From the NCBI RefSeq assembly GCF_011038975.1, contig NZ_JAAKEC010000015.1, positions 18,501-82,500 of the forward strand: 64,000 bases of DNA, written 5' to 3'. The position numbers and the translations under genes were made by a program. Positions 31,432 through 39,753 of this stretch are shown in pieces. The notes beneath the pieces are model-generated. The model was given only the letters and a program-made list of their open reading frames with translations, had not been told where the DNA came from and made no database searches. This DNA comes from Adlercreutzia sp. ZJ176. GTDB lineage: Bacteria > Actinomycetota > Coriobacteriia > Coriobacteriales > Eggerthellaceae. Every line of letters begins with the position of its first letter. The first letter of the stretch is position 1.

Positions 31432-32202
31432 ATGGCAGACTACATAGAAGGCAAGCGACCGGTCGTCGAGGCGCTGCGCACGCACGTGCCCGTGAAGCGC
31501 ATCCTCATGGCCGACAACGTCCAACGCGACGGCCTGATCGCCGACATCCTGCGCAAGGCGCGTAACCTCGACGTGCCGGTGAAGAGCGTCCCGCGCAAGA
31601 AGCTCGACGAGTTGTCCGACCATGGCAGCCACCAGGGCGTCGTCGCCGAGGCCCAGCCGTTCGAGTACGTGAACGTGACGGCCGTCCTCAAGGCCGCGCA
31701 GCGCAGCGCCGAGGAGCACAACGGGCGCGCGCTCGTGGTGGTGCTCGACCACATCACCGACGCGGGGAACCTCGGCGCCATCGCGCGCTCGGCCGAGTCG
31801 GTGGGGGCCGCGGGCATCGTCATCCCCAACAAGCGCGCGGCGCGCGTGACGGCCGCCACCTACAAGAGCTCGGCGGGCGCCATCGCGCACATCCCCGTGA
31901 CGCAGGTGGCCAACATCTCGAGCTGCCTCGAGCGCCTGAAGAAGGAGGGGTTCTGGGTGGCCGCCGCCACCGAGCACGCCGCCGACTACATCTGGGACGC
32001 CAACCTCAAGGGCAAGATCGTGCTCGTGCTCGGCAACGAGGGCGAGGGCGTGTCGAACCTGGTCCTGGGCAACTGCGACTTCGGCGTGAAGCTGCCGCAG
32101 GTGGGCGACATCTCCTCGCTCAACGTGGCGCAGGCGTCCACCGCCTGCATGTACGAGTGGCTGCGCCAGAACCGCACGGCGGCCGAGGGGCTGCGAGGGT
32201 AG
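31432..32202 (+). CDS. rlmB: 23S rRNA (guanosine2251-2'-O)-methyltransferase RlmB/YacO-like (SpoU family)
   Basis: IEGKRPVVEAL... then SpoU core LVVVLDHITDAGNLGAIARSAESVGAAGIVIP...LVLGNEGEGVS...LPQVGDISSLNVAQA. Confidence 0.8.
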   Translation: MADYIEGKRPVVEALRTHVPVKRILMADNVQRDGLIADILRKARNLDVPVKSVPRKKLDELSDHGSHQGVVAEAQPFEYVNVTAVLKAAQRSAEEHNGRALVVVLDHITDAGNLGAIARSAESVGAAGIVIPNKRAARVTAATYKSSAGAIAHIPVTQVANISSCLERLKKEGFWVAAATEHAADYIWDANLKGKIVLVLGNEGEGVSNLVLGNCDFGVKLPQVGDISSLNVAQASTACMYEWLRQNRTAAEGLRG

Positions 32203-32203
32203 C

Positions 32204-32746
32204 GTGCCGCGCCAACGCAAGAAGCTGCTGATCGTCGACGGCTACAACGTGCTGCGCTCGGGCAGCCGCTACAAGCTGGTCTCCGCGACGCACCCCGACT
32301 ACACCGACGACACGTTCAACACGGCCCGCGAGCGCCTCATCAACGACGTGGTGAACTACGCGGGGCGCGAGTGGCGCGCCATCATCGTGTTTGACGGCGC
32401 GTACAACGAGTTCTCCCAAGGCGAGGTTGAGACGGTCGGCGGCGTGCAGATCATGTTCTCGCCGGCGGGCCAGTCGGCCGACAAGGTGATCGAGAAGCTC
32501 GCGCACGATGCGCGCGAGCGCATGATCGAGACGCTCGTGGTCACCTCGGACGCCACCATCCAGGACACCGTGTTCGGCGGCGGGGTCGACCGCATGAGCG
32601 CCGAGGGCTTCTCCCACGAGGTGGGCATGTACTACGTCGAGGCGCGCCTCGACGAGGCTCCGAAGGTGGCGCGCAAGAACACGGTCGCCGACCGCATCAG
32701 CCCCGAGGCCCTCGCCAAGCTCAAGGCCCTGCGGGACGGAAGGTAG
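32204..32746 (+). CDS. NYN-domain protein YacP/Rae1-like
   Basis: LLIVDGYNVLRS...AIIVFDGAYNE...VVTSDATIQD. The rlmB-yacP adjacency is conserved, as in yacO-yacP of Bacillus. Confidence 0.7.
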   Translation: MPRQRKKLLIVDGYNVLRSGSRYKLVSATHPDYTDDTFNTARERLINDVVNYAGREWRAIIVFDGAYNEFSQGEVETVGGVQIMFSPAGQSADKVIEKLAHDARERMIETLVVTSDATIQDTVFGGGVDRMSAEGFSHEVGMYYVEARLDEAPKVARKNTVADRISPEALAKLKALRDGR

Positions 32747-32944
32747 TAATCGAGGAGCGGGCCCTCTCGCCGAGAGGGCCCGCATTTTTATTTCGCGCGT
32801 AATGCCTGGTCAGGGGCGATTGCTACCAGAGGTTGCGCAAAATGGCCCAAAATGGATATCAGAGTTGCTGGCAGGTGGCTGGACGCTACCGTAATCTGGG
32901 GAAGCGAGATCGACATGACCATCACGAAAAGGAGAGGCTTCCGC

Positions 32945-33808
32945 ATGAACATAGAGATAGCCCCGCGCCTTGCCAGCTTGCGGCGGGAGAAGGGCCTGAG
33001 CCAGGAGGAGCTTGCCGCGCAGCTGGGCGTGTCGCGGCAGGCCGTGTCGAAGTGGGAGCGCGGCGAGGCGGCGCCCGACACGGGCAACCTCGTAGCGCTC
33101 GCCGACCTCTACGAGGTAACGCTCGACCAGCTCGTGCGCGGGGAGGAGGGGAGAGCGCAGGCGCAGAAGGAGACCGAAGCGCAGGGCCAGGAGGAGGAGG
33201 ATCAGGCTCAGGTTCAGGCGCAGACGCAGGCTCGGAGGCAGGTCCAGTCGCAGGACCAGGCCCAAGAGGCGCGCGTCTCCGCGCAATCCGACGCGTCGCC
33301 CCTTCCCGCCCCGTCCGAGCCGGCGCCCTCTGCGCCTGCGCCTGCGCCGCATGATGAGCTGCAGGATGAGCCGCAGGGCGGGCTGCGAGGGGAGCTGGAG
33401 CACGTGGCTCCCGCACCCGTTGCGTCCGCAGCTGCACCGCAGCCTGCCGCTGCGCCTGTGCTGGTACCCGCAGCTGCGCCGCAGCCCGTCCCCGCGCCCG
33501 CGCCGCAGCCTGCGCCGATGCCCACGCCGACGCCCGCTCCCGCGCTACATCCTGCGCCGATGCCCGCGCCCGCGCCGCAGCCCGCGCCGACATCGGCCGC
33601 TCCCGCTCCCACGCGCTCCTCGCGTGGCGCGTGGCGCTCCTTTCCCTACCCGGTGGCGTGCCTTCTGTTCTACCTGCTGACGGGGTGCCTGTTCGGATGG
33701 TGGCACCCGGGGTGGCTCGTGTTCCTCACCATCCCGCTGTACTACTGGATCGCGCGCATCATCGAGGATGACCCGAACTATCGCGCCGAGCACAACGGAC
33801 AGGGGTAG
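32945..33808 (+). CDS. XRE-family HTH regulator fused to Pro/Ala/Gln-rich linker and C-terminal 2-TM membrane domain
   Basis: LASLRREKGLSQEELAAQLGVSRQAVSKWERGEAAPD is an HTH_XRE fold. Then ~170 aa of low complexity, then WRSFPYPVACLLFYLLTGCLFGWWHPGWLVFLTIPLYYWI. RBS AAAGGAGAGG. Confidence 0.75.
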   Translation: MNIEIAPRLASLRREKGLSQEELAAQLGVSRQAVSKWERGEAAPDTGNLVALADLYEVTLDQLVRGEEGRAQAQKETEAQGQEEEDQAQVQAQTQARRQVQSQDQAQEARVSAQSDASPLPAPSEPAPSAPAPAPHDELQDEPQGGLRGELEHVAPAPVASAAAPQPAAAPVLVPAAAPQPVPAPAPQPAPMPTPTPAPALHPAPMPAPAPQPAPTSAAPAPTRSSRGAWRSFPYPVACLLFYLLTGCLFGWWHPGWLVFLTIPLYYWIARIIEDDPNYRAEHNGQG

Positions 33809-33813
33809 GAGCC

Positions 33814-34716
33814 ATGACCAAGCTGACGAAGGAATCACGCAACAAGATCGTCGCCATCGTGGCGTGCGGGGTGCTCGTGATCGGCGGGCTGGGCGCCTGC
33901 ATGACGAGCTGGGCGCATCGGGGGCCGTGGGGCCTGTGGGCCGCGCCTGCGCCGGCGGGCGAGACCGCCGCGAACACGACGGAAGTCTCCACCAGGTACG
34001 TCGATGCGAGTGAGGTGCGCTCGCTCGACATCGACTGGGCGGCGGGCTCGGTCATCGTGCGCGTAGCGGACGACGGCGAGACGGACGGCCAGGTCAAGCT
34101 CGTGGAGCGGCAGACGGGCGCGATCGCGCGCTCGCAGCAGATGCAGTGGTCGGCCTCGAACGGGCTGCTGAGCGTGCGGTACGGCATGCCGAGGGGCTTC
34201 TTCGGCTGCATGGCCGTGAACGGCGTGAGGCACCTGGAGGTGGTCATCCCGCGCAGCGCGGCCGGCGAGCTGGCCACGGTGAAGGTCAACGGCGCGTCGG
34301 GCTCCTACGACCTGTCGGGGCTCTCATGCGAGACGCTGCGCCTCAACGTGGGGTCGGGTGGCGTCAAGGTGGCCGACGTGCGAGCCGACGTGCTCGACCT
34401 CGGCGTGGCGAGCGGGCAGGTGGACGTCGCCGGCGTCTTCGCGCAGAGCGTGCGCGCCGACGTGGCGAGCGGTCGCGTCAGCGTGGCCTGCGAGCAGGCG
34501 ATGCCGGGCAGCGCGCGCGTCAGCGTGGCGAGCGGCCAGGTGGACCTGGCGCTTCCCGACGAAGGCGGCTTCACGGCGGTCGTGGAGAAGGTGTCGGGCT
34601 CGTTCTCGTGCGCCTTCGACGCGCGGCAGGACGGGAACACCTACGTCTACGGCGATGGGAAGGCGCGCCTCGACTTCAGCGTCATAAGCGGCCGCGTCGC
34701 GCTCAACGCCCGCTAG
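33814..34716 (+). CDS. DUF4097-family beta-repeat protein (putative envelope-stress/adhesin-like, LiaG/YvlB-type)
   Basis: N-terminal TM, then repeated V-x-V-x-S-G strands (VASGQVDVAG...VASGRVSVAC...VASGQVDLAL). Confidence 0.65.
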   Translation: MTKLTKESRNKIVAIVACGVLVIGGLGACMTSWAHRGPWGLWAAPAPAGETAANTTEVSTRYVDASEVRSLDIDWAAGSVIVRVADDGETDGQVKLVERQTGAIARSQQMQWSASNGLLSVRYGMPRGFFGCMAVNGVRHLEVVIPRSAAGELATVKVNGASGSYDLSGLSCETLRLNVGSGGVKVADVRADVLDLGVASGQVDVAGVFAQSVRADVASGRVSVACEQAMPGSARVSVASGQVDLALPDEGGFTAVVEKVSGSFSCAFDARQDGNTYVYGDGKARLDFSVISGRVALNAR

Positions 34717-34792
34717 CGCCCTCGTCCCTCGCAAGGCTCAAGGTCCTGCGAGGTTGGAGGACGGGCGCGATGTGCAGAGCGGGCGTGCAGCA

Positions 34793-34925
34793 CGCAGGGC
34801 GCCCGCAAGGCGCGACGTGCGGATCGGGCGCGCGGCGCGCAGGGCGCCTGCAAGGCGCGTAGCGCAGAGGGTGCGCGGGGCATGCAGGGCGCCGCTTGCC
34901 GCAGGGCGGTCGCGCCCATGGCGCA
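34793..34925. repeat. Degenerate ~45-bp tandem repeat (3 units) in intergenic DNA
   Basis: cagggcgcc(c/t)gcaaggcgcg... is repeated with ~45-bp periodicity. Confidence 0.4.
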
Positions 34926-35047
34926 GGGATCATAAGGCTCTCACGAGCAGGCCGCCGCCGAGGACTCCCCGGCGGCGGCCTGCCGCGTTCGGTGGCGCTG
35001 CGTCCGACGCTGCTGCGCTGAGCGACGTCGCGTTCGGCGGCTTCGCG

Positions 35048-35455
35048 CTAGGCGATCTGGTCGCCGGCGGTGGGGCCGGCCGCCGAGGTGTAGACGGCGT
35101 CGACGTGCACGAACACGCCGCCCTTCGCCTTGATGGGCATGCCGATCTGCGCGAACTTCGCGTCAGCCTTCGCCTTCTGCTCCTCGAGCTCGGCTCCCTC
35201 GGCGATGCGCGCGGTGCCGTGGATCTGATAGGCGTCGTGTCCCTCCCAGAACACCACCGCCACCTTGGCGTTGTCCAGCACGTTCGCGTGCGTCTTCTTG
35301 AAGAACTGGTCGGACAGGTAGATCGTCTCGTCGTCGATGACCCACTTCATGCCCACGATCGACGCGTTGGGCTGCCCGTCGGCGGTCGCGGTGGCGAACG
35401 CGACGGCGGGCACCTTCTCGAACAGCTCCTTGACTTCCTGCGGCATAACGGCCAT
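35048..35455 (-). CDS. Pyridoxamine 5'-phosphate oxidase-like FMN-binding split-barrel protein
   Basis: 135 aa. VAFATATADGQPNASIVGMKWVIDDETIYLSDQFFKKTHANVLDNAKVAVVFWEG is typical of the PNPOx-like family. RBS GAAAGGAC. Confidence 0.7.
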   Translation of the reverse strand: MAVMPQEVKELFEKVPAVAFATATADGQPNASIVGMKWVIDDETIYLSDQFFKKTHANVLDNAKVAVVFWEGHDAYQIHGTARIAEGAELEEQKAKADAKFAQIGMPIKAKGGVFVHVDAVYTSAAGPTAGDQIA

Positions 35456-35586
35456 GGCTCGTCCTTTCTCGTTGCGATTGCCTGCCATGCACAATAGTAC
35501 GCCTTTTCCGCGCCCCTCTTCGCTCAAATGGGAAATCTTGCCGCTGCGCCGAGCTTCAAGGGCTCTCATGGCGTACAATGCCGTTA

Positions 35587-35606
35587 AATTGTCCTAGGAT
35601 AATCAG
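35587..35606. promoter_or_regulatory. AT-rich near-palindromic motif AAATTGTCCTAGGATAATCA (copy 1 of a shared 17-mer)
   Basis: 17 of 18 nt identical to 39492-39510. Centred on a CCTAGG palindrome. Lies in the divergent intergenic region upstream of the NrfD-like/GntR/SPFH block. Confidence 0.45.
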
Positions 35607-35691
35607 TGTGGCCAAAGGGCAAGGTCCGAAGCGTCGCACGGCGTGACGACGGGATGCTTTGAAGTCGAGAGTTCGCAAGCGGAGGGAGGGC

Positions 35692-36666
35692 GTGGTGTTC
35701 AGCTCGCTGATGACATGCTATCTCTTCCTCGGCGGCACGGGTGCAGGTGCTTGCTTCGTCGCGAGCGTGCTCGCGAAGCTCTCTCCGCGTGAGCTGAGGG
35801 AGAGCGCAGGCGCGGCTCAAGCGTATCGGCGCCTGCTCGCGCCGAGTTTCGCCGCAGCATTCGTCCTGCTTGCGCTCAGCGTGCTTTGCCTCATGGCTGA
35901 CCTGGGGCGCGCTGATCGTCTGTTGCTGCTGGTTACGAGTCCGACGTTCGTGCATATCACGGTGGGCGCGTACGCTCTGCTCGTCACGCTCGCGTTCTCC
36001 GCGGCACTCGCTCTCCTGTGGCGCTGCGCGCGCCTGGGCGCGCCGGCGCGCGCGTTGCGCTCGGTGCTCGAGGCAGTATCGCTTGTGACGGCGGGCGTGG
36101 TCATGGGATACACGGGCCTTTTGCTCCAGGCGCAGGCGGCGGTCCCGCTGTGGGCGAGCCCGTGGCTGCCTGCGCTGTTCGTGCTGTCCTCGTTGTCGTG
36201 CGGTGTGGCCGTGACGCTTGCAACGGCGCAGTTCACTGGCGTTGCTCAGACGTTCTCGCGCGTCTCCGCGCGCATGGCAGCCTTCGATGCGATTCTTATT
36301 CTGCTTGAAGTCGCGGTTCTCACGGCTTTGCTCGTGATGGCGAGCCAAGGCGGTGCACTCGATGGCCAGAGCGCGCTTGCCGCGCAGGCGTCAGCGGAGA
36401 CGCTTACGGGCGGTGCGCTTTCCGAGGTCTTTTGGGGCGTGCTCGTGGTTGCGGGCCTGATCGTGCCTTTCGTGTTCGATGCGGTTGTCGTGCTCAGCCA
36501 AGTGCCGGAGTTGACACGATTCTCGGTATTTGATGTCTTGCGTACGAGGCTGCCCGTCATCTCTCTTGTTGCCGCAGCATGCGTTCTCGCGGGTGGCGCA
36601 GCGTTGCGCTTCTGCATTGTGGAGGCAGGTATCCATCCCATTATCTCAACTCTAGGAGTGATGTAA
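35692..36666 (+). CDS. NrfD/PsrC-like polytopic membrane protein (orphan, no cognate catalytic subunit adjacent)
   Basis: ~8 TM segments. The N-terminus YLFLGGTGAGACFVASVLA parallels the NrfD signature seen in the bona fide anchor at 42810 (LFVGLSAGGLIVASSA). The GTG start has a GGAGGGAGG RBS. Confidence 0.4.
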   Translation: MVFSSLMTCYLFLGGTGAGACFVASVLAKLSPRELRESAGAAQAYRRLLAPSFAAAFVLLALSVLCLMADLGRADRLLLLVTSPTFVHITVGAYALLVTLAFSAALALLWRCARLGAPARALRSVLEAVSLVTAGVVMGYTGLLLQAQAAVPLWASPWLPALFVLSSLSCGVAVTLATAQFTGVAQTFSRVSARMAAFDAILILLEVAVLTALLVMASQGGALDGQSALAAQASAETLTGGALSEVFWGVLVVAGLIVPFVFDAVVVLSQVPELTRFSVFDVLRTRLPVISLVAAACVLAGGAALRFCIVEAGIHPIISTLGVM

Positions 36667-37152
36667 GTGTTTCCCTTCGAAGTCGACGAGCAAAGCGATC
36701 TGCCCCTGTGGGTGCAGCTACGGCAACGGTTGATCTACTTGATCAATTCGGGCTACTTCAAGCCAGGTGACCAGCTGCCCACGGTGCGCGGGCTGGCATC
36801 GGACATATCTATCAACTACAACACGGTGAACAAGGCGTATCTGAGCCTGGTGTCCGACGGCTACTTGGAGTCTGCGCGCGGGCGTGGCGTGTTCGTGCGC
36901 GACCTTGCGGCTGAGGTGGGTGAAGAATTCGGGCAAGACGTTGAGGCCGTGATGGATGAGTTCATCAATACATGCCGTGATTTGGGATTGAACTATGACG
37001 ATATGCTGGCGCGTATCACGCATCGCGTCAAGCAGCGCAAGTTTGAGGAAGCGCATGTGGCGCAGGGCGGCATGCCGGGTGGTCGCGGGCGCATCGTGGA
37101 AGTTGAGGTAGGCGTGCGGAAGGGAGGCGACCATGCGGCGTTCGGAGGATAA
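36667..37152 (+). CDS. GntR-family transcriptional regulator (YtrA-like short form)
   Basis: LPLWVQLRQRLIYLINSGYFKPGDQLPTVRGLASDISINYNTVNKAYLSLVSDGYLESARGRGVFV is a GntR winged HTH. Confidence 0.85.
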   Translation: MFPFEVDEQSDLPLWVQLRQRLIYLINSGYFKPGDQLPTVRGLASDISINYNTVNKAYLSLVSDGYLESARGRGVFVRDLAAEVGEEFGQDVEAVMDEFINTCRDLGLNYDDMLARITHRVKQRKFEEAHVAQGGMPGGRGRIVEVEVGVRKGGDHAAFGG

Positions 37153-38176
37153 GGCGGGCATGCCTGCGGGTGGAGGGCGTGCGTCGCGGGGAGCTGATGC
37201 GGGCGTTGCGGGCGGCGATGCGAGCAGCGTTGGGCGGACGGCGCGGCGTTCGTGGCGCGTGGTGCCCGACAGCCAAAGCGGCTACGCATATACCGAGGTA
37301 ACGGGCGAGCGGGCGTCGAGCGCAGGCGTGCTGCTGTTCTCGACGGTGGTCTTCGCGGTGGTTTTTGTCGTGGCGTTGGGCGCGGTATATCTGGTTGCGG
37401 GCGGGATCGGTCTCGTGGGTATCGCCGTAGCGGTTGTGGCGGCGGCGCTCATGACGTGCTCGGTGCACATCGCGCAGGAGTGGGAACGCGTGGTGGTGCT
37501 GCGATTCGGCAAGTTCAACCGCGTGTCAGGGCCGGGTTTGTTCTGGACGTTTCCCGTGATCGAGCAAAACACCATGCGTGTTGACACGCGCGTGCGCGTG
37601 ACCACCTTTGGCGCCGAGGAGACGCTTACGAGCGATCTGGTGCCGCTTGACGTGAACGCGGTTCTGTTCTGGCACGTGTGGGATGCGAAGTCGGCATGTC
37701 TCGAGGTGGGAGACTTTACGCGTGCTGTTGAGCTGGCGGCGCAGACGGCCCTGCGCGACGCCATAGGGCGCGGCGGAGCTGCTGAGGTGGCCATTCGCCG
37801 TCAGCAGCTCGACCGCGAGCTCAAGCACATGCTTGAAGAGAAGGTGGCGCCGTGGGGCGTGACCGTGCTGTCCGTTGAGATTCGCGACATCCTCATGCCG
37901 TGCGATCTGCAGGACGTGATGTCGCTCGAGGCCCAGGCTGAGCAGCGCAAGAAGGCGCGCATCATCCTCATGGAAGCCGAGCAGGACATCTGCGAGATGG
38001 TGGGCGAGATGGGCGCGGCTTACGCCGAGAATGACGTCGCGCTGCGCCTGCGTGCCATGCACTTGCTTTATGAGAGCATTCGCGAGACCGGTGGCACCGT
38101 GGTGGTTCCCTCAAGCTTTAGCGAAGGTTTCGGTGACATCTTGGGAGAGGCTGGAAAGGCTCCCTTCGTGAGGTAG
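37133..38176 (+). CDS. SPFH/band-7 (stomatin/HflK-like) membrane protein
   Basis: N-terminal TM, then the SPFH core (VVVLRFGKFNRVSGPGLFWTFPVIE...TSDLVPLDVNAVLFWHVWD...). The start could be the ATG at 37160. Confidence 0.8.
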   Translation: MRRSEDKAGMPAGGGRASRGADAGVAGGDASSVGRTARRSWRVVPDSQSGYAYTEVTGERASSAGVLLFSTVVFAVVFVVALGAVYLVAGGIGLVGIAVAVVAAALMTCSVHIAQEWERVVVLRFGKFNRVSGPGLFWTFPVIEQNTMRVDTRVRVTTFGAEETLTSDLVPLDVNAVLFWHVWDAKSACLEVGDFTRAVELAAQTALRDAIGRGGAAEVAIRRQQLDRELKHMLEEKVAPWGVTVLSVEIRDILMPCDLQDVMSLEAQAEQRKKARIILMEAEQDICEMVGEMGAAYAENDVALRLRAMHLLYESIRETGGTVVVPSSFSEGFGDILGEAGKAPFVR

Positions 38177-38284
38177 CCCAGGTAGCGTTGGAGTTGGGAT
38201 GGTAGGGGAAGGCTCCTCTGGGATCATGCCTCGTGCTATAATCGCTTTGCGCTTGGTACCAAGCGATTGGCGAAAGGAGCGTCT

Positions 38285-38890
38285 ATGACGCAATCGACGT
38301 TGGCCAACCCCCAAACCGTTCGCATCTCCAGCAAGCGGCAGATCACCATTCCCTCGAAGCTTTACAAGAAGAAGGGCTTCACTGAGTATGCGTGGGTTGA
38401 GGAAACCGAAGACGGCCTGCTCATCAAGCCAATCGACGTTGAAGACGAGGATGTCTCGCTGTTTGTGCTGCGCCAGCTGGTTGCGGCGGGCTTTGAGGGC
38501 GAGGAGCTCGTCAATCGCTACCAGGAGGCATGTCCGCGCGTGGTGAGCGTGCGGCCTTTGGCAGCGGAAAAGCACCCGGCGTCTTCTGGCGAGTGCGTGC
38601 GCGAGGCTGTCGCTCAAGCTGCCGCTGCGTTTCCCGCAATCAGGAAGGCGTATCTGTTCGGCTCGTTCGCGCGGGGAACCTTCGACGACGAGAGTGACGT
38701 TGACGTGCGCATCGAGTACGATGCTGGCGGCTCGTTCAGCTTGCGCGAGCTCGCGCAGTTCCAGAAGCGCATTGAGCGGGCTACGGGTCGCGAGGTTGAC
38801 GTGGTGTCGGCGAGGCGGCTGAAGAACCGAAGTCTCGAGGCGGCGATTGAGAGGGAGAAGGTGCTCGTCTATGAGCGCGAAGAGCAGTGA
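38285..38890 (+). CDS. Fusion protein: N-terminal AbrB/SpoVT-like swapped-hairpin domain plus C-terminal MNT-type minimal nucleotidyltransferase (MntA-like antitoxin)
   Basis: N-terminus RISSKRQITIPSKLYKKKGF (AbrB/MazE-like). C-terminus KAYLFGSFARGTFDDESDVDVRIEY (GSxxRG...DxD NTase motif). AAGGAG RBS. Confidence 0.7.
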   Translation: MTQSTLANPQTVRISSKRQITIPSKLYKKKGFTEYAWVEETEDGLLIKPIDVEDEDVSLFVLRQLVAAGFEGEELVNRYQEACPRVVSVRPLAAEKHPASSGECVREAVAQAAAAFPAIRKAYLFGSFARGTFDDESDVDVRIEYDAGGSFSLRELAQFQKRIERATGREVDVVSARRLKNRSLEAAIEREKVLVYEREEQ

Positions 38891-39248
38891 CCTTGCGCGA
38901 CTGCAGGAGATCTACGACGTGATAACGCAGACCAAACGCCAGATGAGGGCGCTTGGCATCACGCGGGAGCGCTTTCTTAGCCCAAAGGACGATCAGGACG
39001 ATTTGGTGGCAGAAGGCGTCATGAACCGCGTGTTTCGCGTGACCGAAGAGGCGGGGCATCTCTCCGAAGAGGTTGTGGAGCAGTACGGGTTTGATCGCCG
39101 CGGCGTGCTGGGCGTGCGCAACCGCTTAGCCCATGCCTATGGAGACGTTGATCGGGAGATCATCTGGCTTGTTGTGGAAGACGACTTCGACGCCCTGCTG
39201 AGGTCATGCCAGAGGTATTGCGACGACAACGGCCTTGAGCTCGAATAG
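38871..39248 (+). CDS. HepT-like (DUF86) RNase toxin
   Basis: GVLGVRNRLAHAYGDVD contains the R-x4-H-x-Y HepT active-site motif. The start overlaps the 3' end of the MNT gene. Confidence 0.75.
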   Translation: MSAKSSDLARLQEIYDVITQTKRQMRALGITRERFLSPKDDQDDLVAEGVMNRVFRVTEEAGHLSEEVVEQYGFDRRGVLGVRNRLAHAYGDVDREIIWLVVEDDFDALLRSCQRYCDDNGLELE

Positions 39249-39491
39249 CCGTCGGTGCCGGTGCGGGTCCTCGACGCCGGTGTCAGTGCTGATGCTGATG
39301 CTGATGCCAGTGTTGCTGATGATGCCGGTGCCAGCGTCAGGCATCTTTTTCCAGCGCTGTTGATGCTGGCCAGCTTGCGGTTCGCTGCGCTCTCATGGCG
39401 AGGGCCTTTTGGAAGCGAGGCTGCAAGAGACGTCTGCGTGTGAGGTTCTCGTTCGCAAAGCTCTCGCCTGTAAAACGTCTCTGTCTCTCAA

Positions 39492-39529
39492 AAATTGTCC
39501 TATGATAATTCTTGATTGTCATAGGACAA
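39492..39529. promoter_or_regulatory. AT-rich motif AAATTGTCCTATGATAATT (copy 2) forming an 11-bp inverted repeat with TCATAGGACAA
   Basis: attgtcctatga at 39494-39505 pairs with tcataggacaat at 39519-39530. Sits ~230 bp upstream of the molybdoenzyme operon in a low-GC patch. Confidence 0.45.
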
Positions 39530-39753
39530 TCCTGCTATAGTAACCTCAATGGAATTTGGCCGATTCTATCGTGACGTAAAGAGGTGGATGGCTTCGAGGA
39601 GTTGTCCACGAGGGGCATCGGTAGTTCGAGCCTTAAGCCAGGTGGCATGCGCAGCTGTCTGACGAAGGGGAGAGCGAGGCGGAACGCAGGAAGAGGTGGG
39701 CGTTTTGCCCAATGCGTTCAGCAAGAGATGCTTCGCCAATTCTAGGAGGAGAA

